Origin: Lytechinus pictus
Taxonomy: Eukaryota
DNA: 64,000 nucleotides
Assembly (NCBI RefSeq): GCF_037042905.1
Contig: NC_087252.1
Location: forward strand, 3,164,001 to 3,228,000
Direction of reading: 5' to 3'
This document shows, piece after piece, positions 62,539-64,000 of the stretch. Within the stretch, counting starts at the first letter, position 1; each line of letters starts with the position of its first letter. The position numbers and the translations under genes are program-made. The notes beneath the pieces were generated by a model. It was given only the letters and a program-made list of their open reading frames with translations. It searched no databases and was not told where the DNA came from.

Positions 62539-64000
62539 ATCAAGGAGGGCGCTATTTCCACTCTTTCTTGTAAGTTACGACTTCATGAAGCTCTGGAAAT
62601 ATCTCTCTACATCGACAAAATCAAAGGATTATTTGGAATATAAATTACTTGGACTTGAACAATATAGACAAAGGCAGCAGGGATCTGTTGTTTGGACGAA
62701 AATTTGACTGGATTCTGTCAGATTTTGGATATAGTTTATGATACGACTTTGCAATTTTGAAAATGGCGGCTTATAACACGGAAGCCAATGACAGGCAATC
62801 ATACGCAGCTGCAACAGGGATCAAAGACAAACACACCATTACTGGTAAGCCAGTTTTCTTTAAACGTCGGGATGTACCCCATGTTATGGAAAAGGACTTG
62901 GAAAGTCAAGAAGTAAACAAGGCCCTACTAAAGTCTGTACCTACATCTCATATCATGGGCATACAGAAAGTTGGTGGGCTATGGAGGTTATACATTACAC
63001 ATCAGGACTATAGAATTGCACTGATAGCAAACGGTTTGAACATTCGTAATGCATGCGTAGCAGTGTATGATTCTAACCCATTTCTAGCGGGTGGAAATGA
63101 GAACCTTCTTAGACTAACTGTGAAAGACATTCCTTTGTAGACAACTCAGTGATTGTAGATGAACTTGAGAAACGAAAATACAAGGTGTCGGGAAAGGTTA
63201 CGTTCCCAAAGTTGAGGGTAAATGGCCAACTAACAAACTGCCTAATGGGCGACAGAGTCATCTATATAGAAAAACCAGCACAACCTGTTCCGATAATCTT
63301 GTCTTTCGGAAATTTTCGTGGAAAAGTCTTACATGCAAACCAAGTCATCAAAGATCAAATCACATGTTCAAACTGTCTTAAGAAGGGACATCATCGTTCA
63401 ACATGCACAAACCAGATAGGTCGGCTGTGCAAGAGGGAAGGGCACTTACAACGAGATTGTCCGAGCCCCGGATTAACAAGCGAAGAAGGCCGAGAGGAGC
63501 TGATCGGTAAGCAAGGAGCCTTGGATATTCGGGAGCGAAGTCAGAACGACAAAAGGGAGCCGATGCGAGCCGTCGTCAAGACAACCAGCCACATAGCTTA
63601 CATCCAGGCTGGAGTTGAGCTGCCGAAACGGACCTTTACCAAGACAACGAGACGAACAGCTGACAACTAAGAGGCTACCGAATTGCAGACCCTTTCACAA
63701 GATGAAACGTCGGGCAACACACAGTCAAAGATTACGCAATTTATTCGTAGCGAGCGTCTCAAACAAGCAGACCGGGATCGAGTTCACACATAAACCAGCG
63801 CTGACGAATCGAGTGATGGTGATAGTCTAGAAATCGAGACGGATGATTGTCCAGAATCGGAAGTATCAATAGAGTCACTCGAGTTGCCGAAGACCAGATC
63901 TCAACTCGCAGCGAAGAAACCAGCTAAGAAAAGGAGAAGAAATCAAAGAAAAAGTGAGGAAAAATCTTATTGGTGTCTCACCGTAATTTTCTTACATCAT
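62539..64000 (+). mobile_element. 5' part of a Tx1/L1-type LINE (5' UTR plus disrupted ORF1 with CCHC knuckles), running off the window
   Basis: ATG at 62763: MAAYNTEANDRQSYAAA..GIQKVGGLWRLY...LTVKDIPL; then NCLMGDRVIY...CSNCLKKGHHRSTC..RLCKREGHLQRDC. Confidence 0.8.

Overview
Eukaryotic, AT-rich, repeat-dense animal DNA. An invertebrate deuterostome, most likely a sea urchin, is inferred from the TU-like foldback element and the MITE repertoire; the sequence does not prove it. Two spliced host genes, both on the minus strand, were reconstructed by hand from GT-AG sites and frame continuity. (1) A 6-exon UDP-glycosyltransferase (UGT; 21283->14579, 541 codons). It has an in-frame TAG three codons into exon 4, and that TAG is itself an in-frame alternative splice acceptor. 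(2) A 7-exon type I membrane Ig-superfamily receptor (36937->29827, 457 aa: signal peptide, V, C2, stalk, TM, and a tail with ITIM-like, YxxM and PDZ-binding motifs). The rest is mostly nested transposons: a Gypsy pol fragment, a 7SL-headed SINE fragment, a decayed Harbinger, inverted satellite arrays, many MITEs with recognisable TIRs and TSDs (Harbinger, Kolobok, piggyBac, CMC, Merlin-like, hAT-like), a decayed Academ, and a 4.2-kb Mutator-like palindrome. A 15-kb atypical Gypsy-like LTR element (LADD RT motif, TG...CG LTR) hosts a CR1/L2-type LINE, a TU-like foldback element, a MITE and a Tx1/L1-type LINE. No prokaryotic system, CRISPR array or intact tRNA/rRNA gene was found. All coordinates were read by eye and may be off by a few bases.
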